A program made the position numbers and the translations under genes. Positions 1-8,505 of a stretch of DNA of 26,017 bases are shown here, one piece after another. Within the stretch, counting starts at the first letter, position 1; every line of letters begins with the position of its first letter. This DNA comes from Fibrobacterota bacterium (GTDB lineage Bacteria; Fibrobacterota; Fibrobacteria; UBA11236): assembly GCA_043753995.1 (NCBI GenBank), contig JAYUVP010000049.1:1-26017 (forward strand), in the 5' to 3' direction. The notes under the pieces are model-generated. The model was not told the DNA's origin and did not search any database. It saw nothing but the letters and a program-made list of their open reading frames with translations.

Positions 1-468
1 CAAGGTGGGAGAAGGCTGGGGACCGGTGACCACCAATCTCGCCAGCGCCTCTTATATGACCGAATACTTCAACCGCTATGACTGGGTTCTCGACCAACTC
101 GCTTTGAGTCGAATGATCTAAAATGGAAGGACGATGCCGCCGAAACCTTTATCGCCCATCCCCAATGGTGGATGGACAGAGGCTTTGCCGGAATTCTTTT
201 CGGAGCGGGAAATGGCGACTGCGTGAACTATCTCAATGACAGCGACAATGGCTGGTTCGTAGATAGTATGACCAAGATTTCCAAAACGCCCATTGCCCTT
301 ACCACGGTCCATAGCTTTTCCAGGCCGGTAAGGACTGCGAAATCGCAACGAAAAATTCTATCGGTTCCGGCCTTTGGACTTCGGGTAAAAGACAAGCCCA
401 AAGCGATATTGTTGGATTTAAAAGGTCGCCAGCACCCTAGCCCTAGCGTTCTCCCAGGGATACCGTAA
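1..468 (+). pseudogene. 3' part of a secreted putative glycoside-hydrolase-like gene, interrupted by a frame break at about 100-120
   Basis: Frame 2 reads KVGEGWGPVTTNLASASYMTEYFNRYDWVLDQLA and stops at TAA 119-121. Frame 1 is closed by TGA 79-81, then reads ...SNDLKWKDDAAETFIAHPQWWMDRGFAGILFGAGNGDCVNYLNDSDNGWF...AILLDLKGRQ to TAA 466-468. Both pieces look protein-like. The 5' end lies outside the window. Confidence 0.45.
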
Positions 469-1480
469 CCTCTACGCGACGTGTGAATTGCCGCAGCAAG
501 GTGAATCGCACCGTCTTGTTCACCTGCCCTTTGTGCAATAAGCGATGCAAACGATCCAGTGAAGGCACTGGGTCCTGATTGAGAGCCAAAAGCACATCGC
601 CCTCTTCCAAGCCGGCCTTGGCGGCGGGACTGTCCACTTCGACTTGATTCACCATGACGCCGGTAGCCTCGGACCAATCGAAATGCCTCGCCACCCGACG
701 TGGCAAGGGCACATCTTGGCCCGCAATGCCCAGAAAAGCGCGCTGCACCCGTCCGAATTGCATCAACTCCATGGCCACCCAGCGAGCCGTATTCACCGGT
801 ATCGCGAAGCATAAACCTTGCGCCGGCGCTACCACGGCGGTATTCACACCGACCACTTTACCTTGCGAATCAACCAGAGGTCCGCCGGAATTGCCCGGAT
901 TGAGCGCGGCATCCGTTTGAATGACATTGTCGAGCATCCGCCCTGATGGCGCACGCAAGCTGCGCCCAAGGGCACTGAGAACTCCGGCGGTGACGGTATA
1001 GTCAAAACCAAGGGGATTGCCGATAGCGACGAGAAGTTGGCCGACTTGCAGTCGCTCCGAGTCGCCTAACTTGGCTGCCGGTAAATCGGAAGCCGTGACG
1101 CGAAGCACAGCAAGATCCGTATCGGGATCCTCTCCGACCAAATCGGCCCCGAGCATTCGTCCATCGAGAAGCCGAACCGAGAGTCGCGAAGCCTTATGCA
1201 CCACATGGCTATTGGTAAGAAGAAAACCATCAGGCGTGAAGAAAAAACCGGATCCCATGCCGCCTAGCCGTTTGCTTTTGGCTTGGGGCGGAGGCAATTG
1301 CGGTCGCCCACCTTCCGTCGGCCTAGCCGACTTTTTCTCCTCGCCCTCCACTTCAATGGAAACCACCGAAGGGCTGGCATTGCGGCTGGCCGTCATGACC
1401 GCCTGGGAATAAGCGTCGAAGAGGAAAGGCGATTCGGAGAGGGTGTCCTGCGGCGAGCTAATGGGATTGGATTGAAACAT
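443..1480 (-). CDS. HtrA/DegP-like S1C serine protease with one C-terminal PDZ domain and no signal peptide
   Basis: Motifs GSGFF, TNSHVV (His), DLAVL (Asp), IQTDAALNPGNSGGPL (Ser), and PDZ-like FLGI...SPAAKAGLEEGDVL. Start placed at ATG 1480 (MFQSNP); the extension to 1615 runs through the promoter region. Confidence 0.93.
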   Translation of the reverse strand: MFQSNPISSPQDTLSESPFLFDAYSQAVMTASRNASPSVVSIEVEGEEKKSARPTEGGRPQLPPPQAKSKRLGGMGSGFFFTPDGFLLTNSHVVHKASRLSVRLLDGRMLGADLVGEDPDTDLAVLRVTASDLPAAKLGDSERLQVGQLLVAIGNPLGFDYTVTAGVLSALGRSLRAPSGRMLDNVIQTDAALNPGNSGGPLVDSQGKVVGVNTAVVAPAQGLCFAIPVNTARWVAMELMQFGRVQRAFLGIAGQDVPLPRRVARHFDWSEATGVMVNQVEVDSPAAKAGLEEGDVLLALNQDPVPSLDRLHRLLHKGQVNKTVRFTLLRQFTRRVEVTVSLGER

Positions 1481-1492
1481 GCTGAAGGATAA

Positions 1493-1508
1493 CGCAAGGG
1501 ATATGCCA
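1493..1508 (-). promoter_or_regulatory. sigma54 (RpoN) -24/-12 promoter for the protease gene
   Basis: Minus strand reads TGGCAT-ATCCC-TTGCG, with exact GG-N10-GC spacing against the consensus TGGCAC-N5-TTGCW. Confidence 0.65.
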
Positions 1509-1530
1509 TTTGAATTGAAATGACGATTCA

Positions 1531-1569
1531 GGCAAAACAGAAATTTTGCCATTGTCACACCAAGGTGAC
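1531..1569. promoter_or_regulatory. Two inverted repeats upstream of the sigma54 promoter; candidate regulator sites
   Basis: GGCAAAA-cagaaa-TTTTGCC (1531-1550) and GTCAC-accaag-GTGAC (1554-1569). Confidence 0.35.
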
Positions 1570-1654
1570 TGTATCGCCCTGCAACCCAGCTTACTGCCTT
1601 GAAACTCAGTTTCACCGGGCACTAGACGCTGTTGGCTCTATTAAATTTCCAGGA

Positions 1655-4210
1655 TCATTCGGGAAATAGTTCGTTCAAAAGGGACTTGGCATCCTCAATT
1701 TCCGGACGTATCTCGATTAAGCGCTGCAATAATTCTTTTGACCCCTTGGGATTCTCTTGGGCCTGGGCCATGGCCGATAGCAGGCATTTCGCATAACCGA
1801 TGGTGAAATCGGGCGACGCGCTCGCGCTCTGCAAATAAAGACTCAGGGCTAGGTCCGGAATGCCCTTAGATTCGGCTAAAATTCCCCGCAAAAAGAGATT
1901 TCGGGCCGTAAAAACGCCCTTTAGCCTTTCGTGATGGTAGGCCGAAGCGGAATCAGATACGGGTCCGGACCACTCGACGGGATTCTGAATGCTTTGGTCG
2001 AGCAATTTTTCCAGACGGCCATAAGTCGTATAGTCGTTACGAAAAGAAAATCCGGGATTGATATACATCACCCTGGGATGGTCGTCGACATTCACCGGCA
2101 CATCGCCTGCAAAGGCTTCCAGGCTGGAGCGCGAGGTCAAATAAAAAGCAGCGAGCTTGTAACCATCCGACAAGGCCTCACCAGCCAGCATTGTCCGTAA
2201 ACCCGCATCGGAGGTGCGCCGTGCAAAGCTATCGGCAGGATAAAAAACCGCCGAGTCGCCGCCCACCAAGGCCAGGCCAGGCAATTCGGCATTGAAATTA
2301 CCCAGGTAAGCCCGCACCTGCGGAAAGACCGCGAGAAAGGTCTTCATTATCACACGCAGGGATAGCTCGTCTAATTGGTAAAGCGGCAACCATTGGCAGA
2401 ATTGCCCACCGGGTTTGAGTCGCGCCCGAATTGCGCGGAAGTGTTCCAGAGTATAAAGGGTCGCGGCGCCATCGTGGTTGGGCTGAAAAAAATCAGCCAT
2501 CACCACGTCATAGGTGTCGGGGATGGAACGCACGAAGCGCCTGGCATCCGCCGTGAACAAACGATGCCCTCGCCCCGCTAGGTCATAAGGATATCGATTC
2601 TGCGGCGCAAATTCGGGAAGCATGGCCATAATGCCTGGGTCTAATTCGACGGCATCTGCCCTGAGGAATGGATGATCGACCGCCGCGCCGAAAGTGACAC
2701 CGGTTCCAAGACCAATCCAGAGACCGCGCTTAGGCGCGGTATGGAGAAGCAAGGCCAAATGGGACTTCAATCGCTCGGTGGCAAGTGAACCTGTGCCGCC
2801 CTGATAAAACCGGTTGTCGGTTTTGAGACTGCGCATACCGTTCTCGGCTTCAAGCACAGCCACCGTGGACATGGCACCTTCATGGTATTCACGTAATTGA
2901 AAACCCGGTGGCACGGTCACCAGAGACCAAGGCAGGATAAGCAGGAGGAGGAGGGGTAAGGCCTGAATTCCTAGGCCACGAATCTGAAGTCGCCAAGGCT
3001 GGATGAGTGCTGCATAGCCAAGGCCCAAGACCACCAAGGTGGGTCTAATGCCCAAGATGGGTAGAAGCAAAACCCCGAAGACTATAGGCGCCAGGGCCCC
3101 TCCCAAGGTGTTTAATGCCAAGGCGCGCCCGAGGCCCAAGGAGGCGTCCTTCGCCGATTGAGCCAGGTGGCTGAACAAGGCGCCCATGACCATGGTCGGC
3201 GGTAAAAAGACCAGAGACGAGGCTACGAACTCGCCGATGAATTGCGCCATGCGCCCTTGCCCCAAGGCCTTGATCAAGGCTTGACTCACAGGTTCGGCGG
3301 CCAGGATCAAAGTGGCGCCGCACAGACAGGTTGCGCCAAGAACGCTTAGCAGAATGGCTGATACCTGTTTGGGGGTGGCAGGCATCCATTGCGAAGGCCA
3401 GGTCCTGAATACGACGGCGCCTAGCGCCGTACCCAGGAGATAATTCAGGAGCAGGATGGCATAGGTGAAGACAGAGTCTTCAAAGTATTGTGACAAAGCT
3501 CGCGTACAGACCACTTCGAAACCGATGCCCAGGAGGCCAGTGAAAAACAAGGTGACCAGAGTGGAATGGAAACGCAAGGCGACCGGCGGATTCGCGGGCA
3601 CAGGCGAGGCCGTGGACTGGGAAGGCGTCCAGAGGGCAGCAATCAAGGCGCCCAAAAGGCCGGTTGCCCCAAAGAGGATGACAGATATGGAATAACCAAG
3701 GAGAGGCGTGAGGAAGAAGGCTGTGGCCACAACGCCAACCGCCGCTCCCAAGGTATTGGCAGCATAGAGCCCGGAAATTGGGCGATTTCTAGCCCCCCTC
3801 GACGCCGCCATTCTTTCAATGGCGGGCAAGGTGGCACCCATGCAAAAGGTGGCGGGCAACAAGGTCAAAAAGGGAATGAGGAAAGCCGCACTTCCATGCC
3901 AAAATTCTGAGGATTCCACGCCTGTCGCGACCAGGAGAAAGCGATTCGCCCAGGGAATGGCGATGAGGGATGCCAATGCCCAAAGTCCGATGGCCGCTTC
4001 AAGGGCGGCATACACCTTGCCTGGCCAACGGCTTCGGGTAATCGCTGCATCGAGGGTAAAGGCGCCTAAGGCCAGGCCGCCAAAAAAGGCCGATATTATT
4101 GCTAGGACACTGACCAGTTCATGCCCGATGCCGAGTGTGAACATCCGCATCCACACGAGTTGTAAACCGAGCGCTGTAAAGCCCGAGAGGAAATAAAGCG
4201 CGTGAATCAA
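1655..4210 (-). CDS. Fused multi-TM membrane domain / spermidine-synthase-like SAM-binding protein with a helical (TPR-like) C-terminus
   Basis: Duplicated membrane halves (LSGFTALGLQLVWMR / FTGLLGIGFEVVCTR; LYAANTLGA / ALALNTLGG), then IGLGTGVT, VELDP, TADAR, DVVMAD and LKPGGQFCQWLP. Start is uncertain: TTG 4210 (AGGA upstream) or ATG 4324. Confidence 0.88.
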   Translation of the reverse strand: MIHALYFLSGFTALGLQLVWMRMFTLGIGHELVSVLAIISAFFGGLALGAFTLDAAITRSRWPGKVYAALEAAIGLWALASLIAIPWANRFLLVATGVESSEFWHGSAAFLIPFLTLLPATFCMGATLPAIERMAASRGARNRPISGLYAANTLGAAVGVVATAFFLTPLLGYSISVILFGATGLLGALIAALWTPSQSTASPVPANPPVALRFHSTLVTLFFTGLLGIGFEVVCTRALSQYFEDSVFTYAILLLNYLLGTALGAVVFRTWPSQWMPATPKQVSAILLSVLGATCLCGATLILAAEPVSQALIKALGQGRMAQFIGEFVASSLVFLPPTMVMGALFSHLAQSAKDASLGLGRALALNTLGGALAPIVFGVLLLPILGIRPTLVVLGLGYAALIQPWRLQIRGLGIQALPLLLLLILPWSLVTVPPGFQLREYHEGAMSTVAVLEAENGMRSLKTDNRFYQGGTGSLATERLKSHLALLLHTAPKRGLWIGLGTGVTFGAAVDHPFLRADAVELDPGIMAMLPEFAPQNRYPYDLAGRGHRLFTADARRFVRSIPDTYDVVMADFFQPNHDGAATLYTLEHFRAIRARLKPGGQFCQWLPLYQLDELSLRVIMKTFLAVFPQVRAYLGNFNAELPGLALVGGDSAVFYPADSFARRTSDAGLRTMLAGEALSDGYKLAAFYLTSRSSLEAFAGDVPVNVDDHPRVMYINPGFSFRNDYTTYGRLEKLLDQSIQNPVEWSGPVSDSASAYHHERLKGVFTARNLFLRGILAESKGIPDLALSLYLQSASASPDFTIGYAKCLLSAMAQAQENPKGSKELLQRLIEIRPEIEDAKSLLNELFPE

Positions 4211-4235
4211 GGCCTTTGTTCCTGCGGCTTCGCCC

Positions 4236-5585
4236 TTACTTTCGATCCCATGGAGGGTTGATGACGAGTTCGCGCCCCCGGACGCCGGGGACAATAGCGC
4301 CGTCCTGGAAAACGGTTTCTCCATGCACAAAAGTCCGCACCGGCCACCCTTGTATCGATTGGCCCGCATAGGGGCTCCAATTCACCTTGGTGAAGAGCTT
4401 ACCGTTTTCCACGGTTTTGGTCTTGGCCATGTCCACGAGAATGACGTCCGCGTCATAGCCGATTTCAATGCGGCCCTTACCCTTGAGGCCATAGGCCAAA
4501 GCCGGGCCTTCGCACATCCAGCGGGCGAGATCGGGCAAGGTGCAAAGACCCTGATTCACTCGATTCAGCATGACCGGAAGCAAGGTCTCGACGCCTGGCA
4601 TGCCCGACGGCGACGAGGGGTATCCCTTGTCTTTTTCTTCGCGGGTATGCGGCGCATGGTCGGTGGCCAGGCAATCGAAGACGCCGTTCTGAAGGGCCTT
4701 CCAAAGCGCATCGGCATGACGTTTATCACGAATGGGCGGATTCATTTGCCCATAGGTGCCAAGCCTATCGTAAACGTCGGGGGCATTCATGAGGAAATGC
4801 TGGGGGCAAACTTCAGCTGTGATGGGCTTGCCCACCTTGGCCGTCGCCAGGAATTCAGCCTCTTCCGCCGAGGTCACATGCAAAATGTGCAATCGGCGAC
4901 GATATTTGTCGGAAAGCGAAACGGCCAACCGTGTAGCCTTCAACGCCGCTTCGGGCGTGCGAATGAGATTGTGATCGTGAATGTCCTTGGTGTCGGCATA
5001 GGCAGCCTTATTGGCGCGTATGGTTTCTTCGTCCTCGGCATGCACGGCGATGAGGCGATGGCCGCTAGCGAAAATGCGATCCAAATCTTCGGTGCGATGC
5101 ACCAAAAGGCTACCCGTCGAGGAGCCCATGAAGATTTTGATACCGCAAACATTGGGCGTGTTCAGAAGCTCGTCGAGATTGTCCGGCGTGGCACCGATGA
5201 AGAAGTTCCAGTTGACCACGCATTTTTCGCGGGCCACGGCTTTTTTTGCTGCCATCAATTCGGCCGTGGTGATGGCCGGATTGGTATTGGGCATTTCCAG
5301 GAAGGAAGTAACGCCTCCCGCTGCCGCGGCTTGGGAACCTGTCCCGAGATCTTCCTTCCAAGTGAGGCCGGGATCACGAAAATGCACCTGGGGGTCAATG
5401 ACACCCGGCATGAGGACTAAGCCTTTGGCCTCGATGACTTCATCCCCTTCGGCAGGCAAGGTGGATTCGACAGCGTCGATGCGGCCATCGGCAATACGAA
5501 CATCGGCTTGTTGCAAGGCGCCTTGGCGCAAGACTTGGGCGCCGCGGATGACCACGACGCGAGAGGTGCTGGGAGTCTGAGACAT
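4236..5585 (-). CDS. pyrC: Dihydroorotase (amidohydrolase superfamily)
   Basis: Motifs PGVIDPQVHFRDPG, GGVTSFLEMPNT, GIKIFMGSSTG, VHAED, LHILH, MNPPIR, ATDHAPH, PSGMPGVET. Confidence 0.9.
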   Translation of the reverse strand: MSQTPSTSRVVVIRGAQVLRQGALQQADVRIADGRIDAVESTLPAEGDEVIEAKGLVLMPGVIDPQVHFRDPGLTWKEDLGTGSQAAAAGGVTSFLEMPNTNPAITTAELMAAKKAVAREKCVVNWNFFIGATPDNLDELLNTPNVCGIKIFMGSSTGSLLVHRTEDLDRIFASGHRLIAVHAEDEETIRANKAAYADTKDIHDHNLIRTPEAALKATRLAVSLSDKYRRRLHILHVTSAEEAEFLATAKVGKPITAEVCPQHFLMNAPDVYDRLGTYGQMNPPIRDKRHADALWKALQNGVFDCLATDHAPHTREEKDKGYPSSPSGMPGVETLLPVMLNRVNQGLCTLPDLARWMCEGPALAYGLKGKGRIEIGYDADVILVDMAKTKTVENGKLFTKVNWSPYAGQSIQGWPVRTFVHGETVFQDGAIVPGVRGRELVINPPWDRK

Positions 5586-5678
5586 AAGCTAGGCAAGGGT
5601 AGAAAGAAGAAGCCATCTCAAAAGGGATTCGTCGGCCCGGGCCAGGCTGCAGAAGACCTTTTGTGATGGCTCTATCTG

Positions 5679-6731
5679 GTGATACAATCCATCACCATGG
5701 GCCATGAGCCATCTCTTTTCGCCTCGGAATTTGATTTGGGCTTGCTCGAAGAGCCCGCTTGTCCGCTGTGCCAAAGCCATCAGAGGCGCCAGGACATGCG
5801 CTTAGGGCCGGCCTGGGTCATGCGCTGCCTTCACTGTGGTCTTCGCTATGCCTGGCCGCGCTTGGGACCGCAGGCCCGCGAGAGGTTGTATCGGGAAAAT
5901 CCGTCGCCTCTGCCCGAAACTCGTCACCAAATGCTGCAAAACCTGATGGCGGCGCGGGCGCAAACCGTTTTCGAGGAGGCATGGCCCCTTTTCCCCCATC
6001 TGGATGCCAACTCGGCGCAAAGTACTGCTGCCGGTGCAGGCAACCCTCCCCGACTTTTGGAAATAGGCTGCGGCTTCGGGCATTTTCTGGCCGCCATGCG
6101 CGATCGCGGCTTGACCGTGGAGGGCTGCGAGCTTTCCGAGCATCAGGCCCGCTTCGCTCGCGAGCATTTTCAATTGTCCCTCCATGAAGACAATGCCCTG
6201 ACGCGAAAATGGCCGCGGCAATTCCAGGTCATTGCGGCATTTGAATTGATTGAACATGTGTCCGATCCACGGACCTGGCTCGAATGGGCATTCATGCATT
6301 TGTCTCCGGGCGGGCAACTGATTCTATCGACGCCCAATGTCGATAGTTTGTTTCGCCGACTTTTAGGAGCGCATTGGTATTACCACATTCCCAGCGAGCA
6401 TCTCAGCTATTTTTCGGCGAAGGCCCTGATTCGCGTGCTGGGCGATATTGGCTTTGCCCAGGTGCGCACTTGCACCTCGGGGAGATCGCTCTGGAGAGAG
6501 CGACGCAATGATCACAATGACTGGCATCCGGAATGGAGCCTCGCCGAACAATGGCGATTCAATTTGCAGATACGTGAACGCATAGAAAAGGAGCGCGAAA
6601 ATACCGTTTTGCCACCGGCCCAAAGCCTTCTTGCGAAGTGGCGCGACAGTCTGTGGTGGCGGCTAATTCAACTCCCCTGCCGCCACGGCTTTGGGGATCA
6701 ATTGCGCATCTATGCGCGCAAAGCGGAATAA
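5679..6731 (+). CDS. Class I SAM-dependent methyltransferase with N-terminal Zn-ribbon
   Basis: CPLC...CLHC, LLEIGCGFG (motif I), GCELS, FELIEHV, LSPGGQLILSTPN, EHLSYFS. Alternative start at ATG 5697. Confidence 0.9.
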   Translation: MIQSITMGHEPSLFASEFDLGLLEEPACPLCQSHQRRQDMRLGPAWVMRCLHCGLRYAWPRLGPQARERLYRENPSPLPETRHQMLQNLMAARAQTVFEEAWPLFPHLDANSAQSTAAGAGNPPRLLEIGCGFGHFLAAMRDRGLTVEGCELSEHQARFAREHFQLSLHEDNALTRKWPRQFQVIAAFELIEHVSDPRTWLEWAFMHLSPGGQLILSTPNVDSLFRRLLGAHWYYHIPSEHLSYFSAKALIRVLGDIGFAQVRTCTSGRSLWRERRNDHNDWHPEWSLAEQWRFNLQIRERIEKERENTVLPPAQSLLAKWRDSLWWRLIQLPCRHGFGDQLRIYARKAE

Positions 6732-6756
6732 CGAAATAGCCCGACCGCGCGAGCTT

Positions 6757-7263
6757 TCAATTCTTTGCTTCGTCTTTTTTCTTTTCTTCGTCGAGATCGC
6801 CGCGCAACCATAATTTCATTTCGAACTCTTCGCGATCGATATTCTGCATGAAAAAGGGATCGCGCACAAAATCACGGGTTAATAACTGGCCTTCGAAGTC
6901 CTCGATACCTGGGCCGAGGATATAAATCGCGGGCAAATCGTTCTTGCCGAAAACGTCGATATTTTCCATCAAATGCGATCGCAAGGTGGGATTGCGCACC
7001 TTGGAGGCAATATCTGCTTTTCTTTGTTCGGTCAGGGCTTTGTCGGCGGCATCGCCAGCACTTTCAGGCGTGGTGGCCGGAGGAGCCGCTTCGGCCGCTG
7101 CCACGGGAGCGGTTGATGGAACAGGAGTCGCAACGACCGGTGTTGTCGGCGCATTCGCATCCTCATTGGCAGCCAAGGCCAAGGTTTGATCCGCCCGCGC
7201 AGGAAAGGAGGCAACTAGCAGTGCGGCACTAAAGGCAATAAGCAAGGGTTTGGCGGTTTTCAT
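6757..7263 (-). CDS. Secreted hypothetical protein with a Pro/Ala-rich linker and a short C-terminal domain that may be GltF/CglF-like
   Basis: Signal peptide MKTAKPLLIAFSAALLVASFPARA, GGGAG RBS before ATG 7263, and its own sigma70-like promoter. Confidence 0.8.
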   Translation of the reverse strand: MKTAKPLLIAFSAALLVASFPARADQTLALAANEDANAPTTPVVATPVPSTAPVAAAEAAPPATTPESAGDAADKALTEQRKADIASKVRNPTLRSHLMENIDVFGKNDLPAIYILGPGIEDFEGQLLTRDFVRDPFFMQNIDREEFEMKLWLRGDLDEEKKKDEAKN

Positions 7264-7313
7264 GGTTTCCACTCCCAGGGATTGGACTCGTCGAGTGAAA
7301 TCCCTCTTCAGGT

Positions 7314-7342
7314 ACTATAGGTCGGGACCAGGGTCCTGTCAA
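7314..7342 (-). promoter_or_regulatory. sigma70-type promoter for the 6757-7263 gene
   Basis: Minus strand TTGACA (7342-7337), 17-nt spacer, TATAGT (7319-7314). It abuts the tsaD stop codon. Confidence 0.75.
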
Positions 7343-8359
7343 TCAAGAGACGCTTCCATCCCAAGGCATGCTACTCTGAACGGCTTGAGAATTCGGCCAA
7401 AGTCCGGCTTTTGCCCGATGCCAGGCGATGGCGGCCATCATGACCCCATTGTCGCCGCAAAGGGCTGGGCGGGGGAAAACCGCCCGAAATCCGAGTTTTT
7501 CGCCAGCTTCCCGCAATTTTTCTTGCAAACGGCGATTGGCGGCCACCCCTCCCACCACGGCGACGGCTTCGACACCGGTTTGTTCGACGGCCTGGCCGGC
7601 TCTTTTCACCAAAACGTCCACGATGGCTTCTTCCACGCTTGCGCAAATGTCCGCCAAATGCTCCTGTGCCCAAATTTCCCCGTTTTGCTGCACCACGCGC
7701 GCGACGGCGGTTTTGAGACCACTGAAGCTGAATTCGAGACTGTCCGGCCTATCGAGCAGGGCGCGGGGAAAGGGTATGGACTTTCGATTTCCCGTCTGGG
7801 CTAAGCGCGCGAGTACCGGCCCCGCAGGATAGCCTAAACCAAGCAGTTTTCCGCTTTTATCGAAGGCCTCGCCGGCGGCATCGTCGCGGGTTCGCCCCAG
7901 CATGCGATAGCGAAAGTCTGGCTCAGCCAAAAGCAATTCGGTATGGCCTCCCGAGGCCACCAAAATCACCAGGGGTGGCTTCAAATCGGGGGCCGCTAAA
8001 TAGGCCGCCCCGAGGTGCCCTTCGAGGTGATGAAGACCCTGGCATGGCTTGCCCAGGCTTTGTGCCAAGGCTCGGGCGAAGGTGGCGCCTACGAGCAAAG
8101 CCCCGACGAGTCCGGGCCCGCGAGTATAGGCAATGAGGTCAATGTCATCGAGAGTCAGGGCGGCATCGCTCAGGGCTTGGGTGACCAAGGGCCCCAGGGC
8201 TTCCAAATGGGCCCTGGCGGCGATTTCCGGAACCACGCCGCCGTAAACCGCATGCACATCGACTTGGCTGGCGACCAAGTGGGCCAAAATTTCACCCTGG
8301 TCGCCGACAATGCCGACTCCGGTTTCATCACAAGAAGTTTCAATGCCGAGTATGCGCAT
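7343..8359 (-). CDS. tsaD: tRNA N6-adenosine threonylcarbamoyltransferase TsaD
   Basis: MRILGIETSCDET, GGVVPEIAARAH, GPGL, HHLEGH, SGGHT, DDAAGEAFDK, FSFSGLKT, GGVAAN, DNGVM. The start could be 8398. Confidence 0.97.
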   Translation of the reverse strand: MRILGIETSCDETGVGIVGDQGEILAHLVASQVDVHAVYGGVVPEIAARAHLEALGPLVTQALSDAALTLDDIDLIAYTRGPGLVGALLVGATFARALAQSLGKPCQGLHHLEGHLGAAYLAAPDLKPPLVILVASGGHTELLLAEPDFRYRMLGRTRDDAAGEAFDKSGKLLGLGYPAGPVLARLAQTGNRKSIPFPRALLDRPDSLEFSFSGLKTAVARVVQQNGEIWAQEHLADICASVEEAIVDVLVKRAGQAVEQTGVEAVAVVGGVAANRRLQEKLREAGEKLGFRAVFPRPALCGDNGVMMAAIAWHRAKAGLWPNSQAVQSSMPWDGSVS

Positions 8360-8505
8360 GTCCGGCCCAAAATACTCATGGTCAAGAGGGGACGCCATCG
8401 GCTTGGGAGAAATAGGCACAAGTGACCCCGGGAAGGAATCGCTTTCTTCTCTTCCCAGAAAGCCGGTTTGGGGGGAAAATGAAAACTTGCAGGGAGTGAA
8501 GCCAA

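Noticed and set aside
5370..5410. DPQVH instead of DxHxH in dihydroorotase as a sign of inactivation
   Set aside because: The QxH variant is known in this dihydroorotase subgroup, and the other metal and catalytic motifs are intact.
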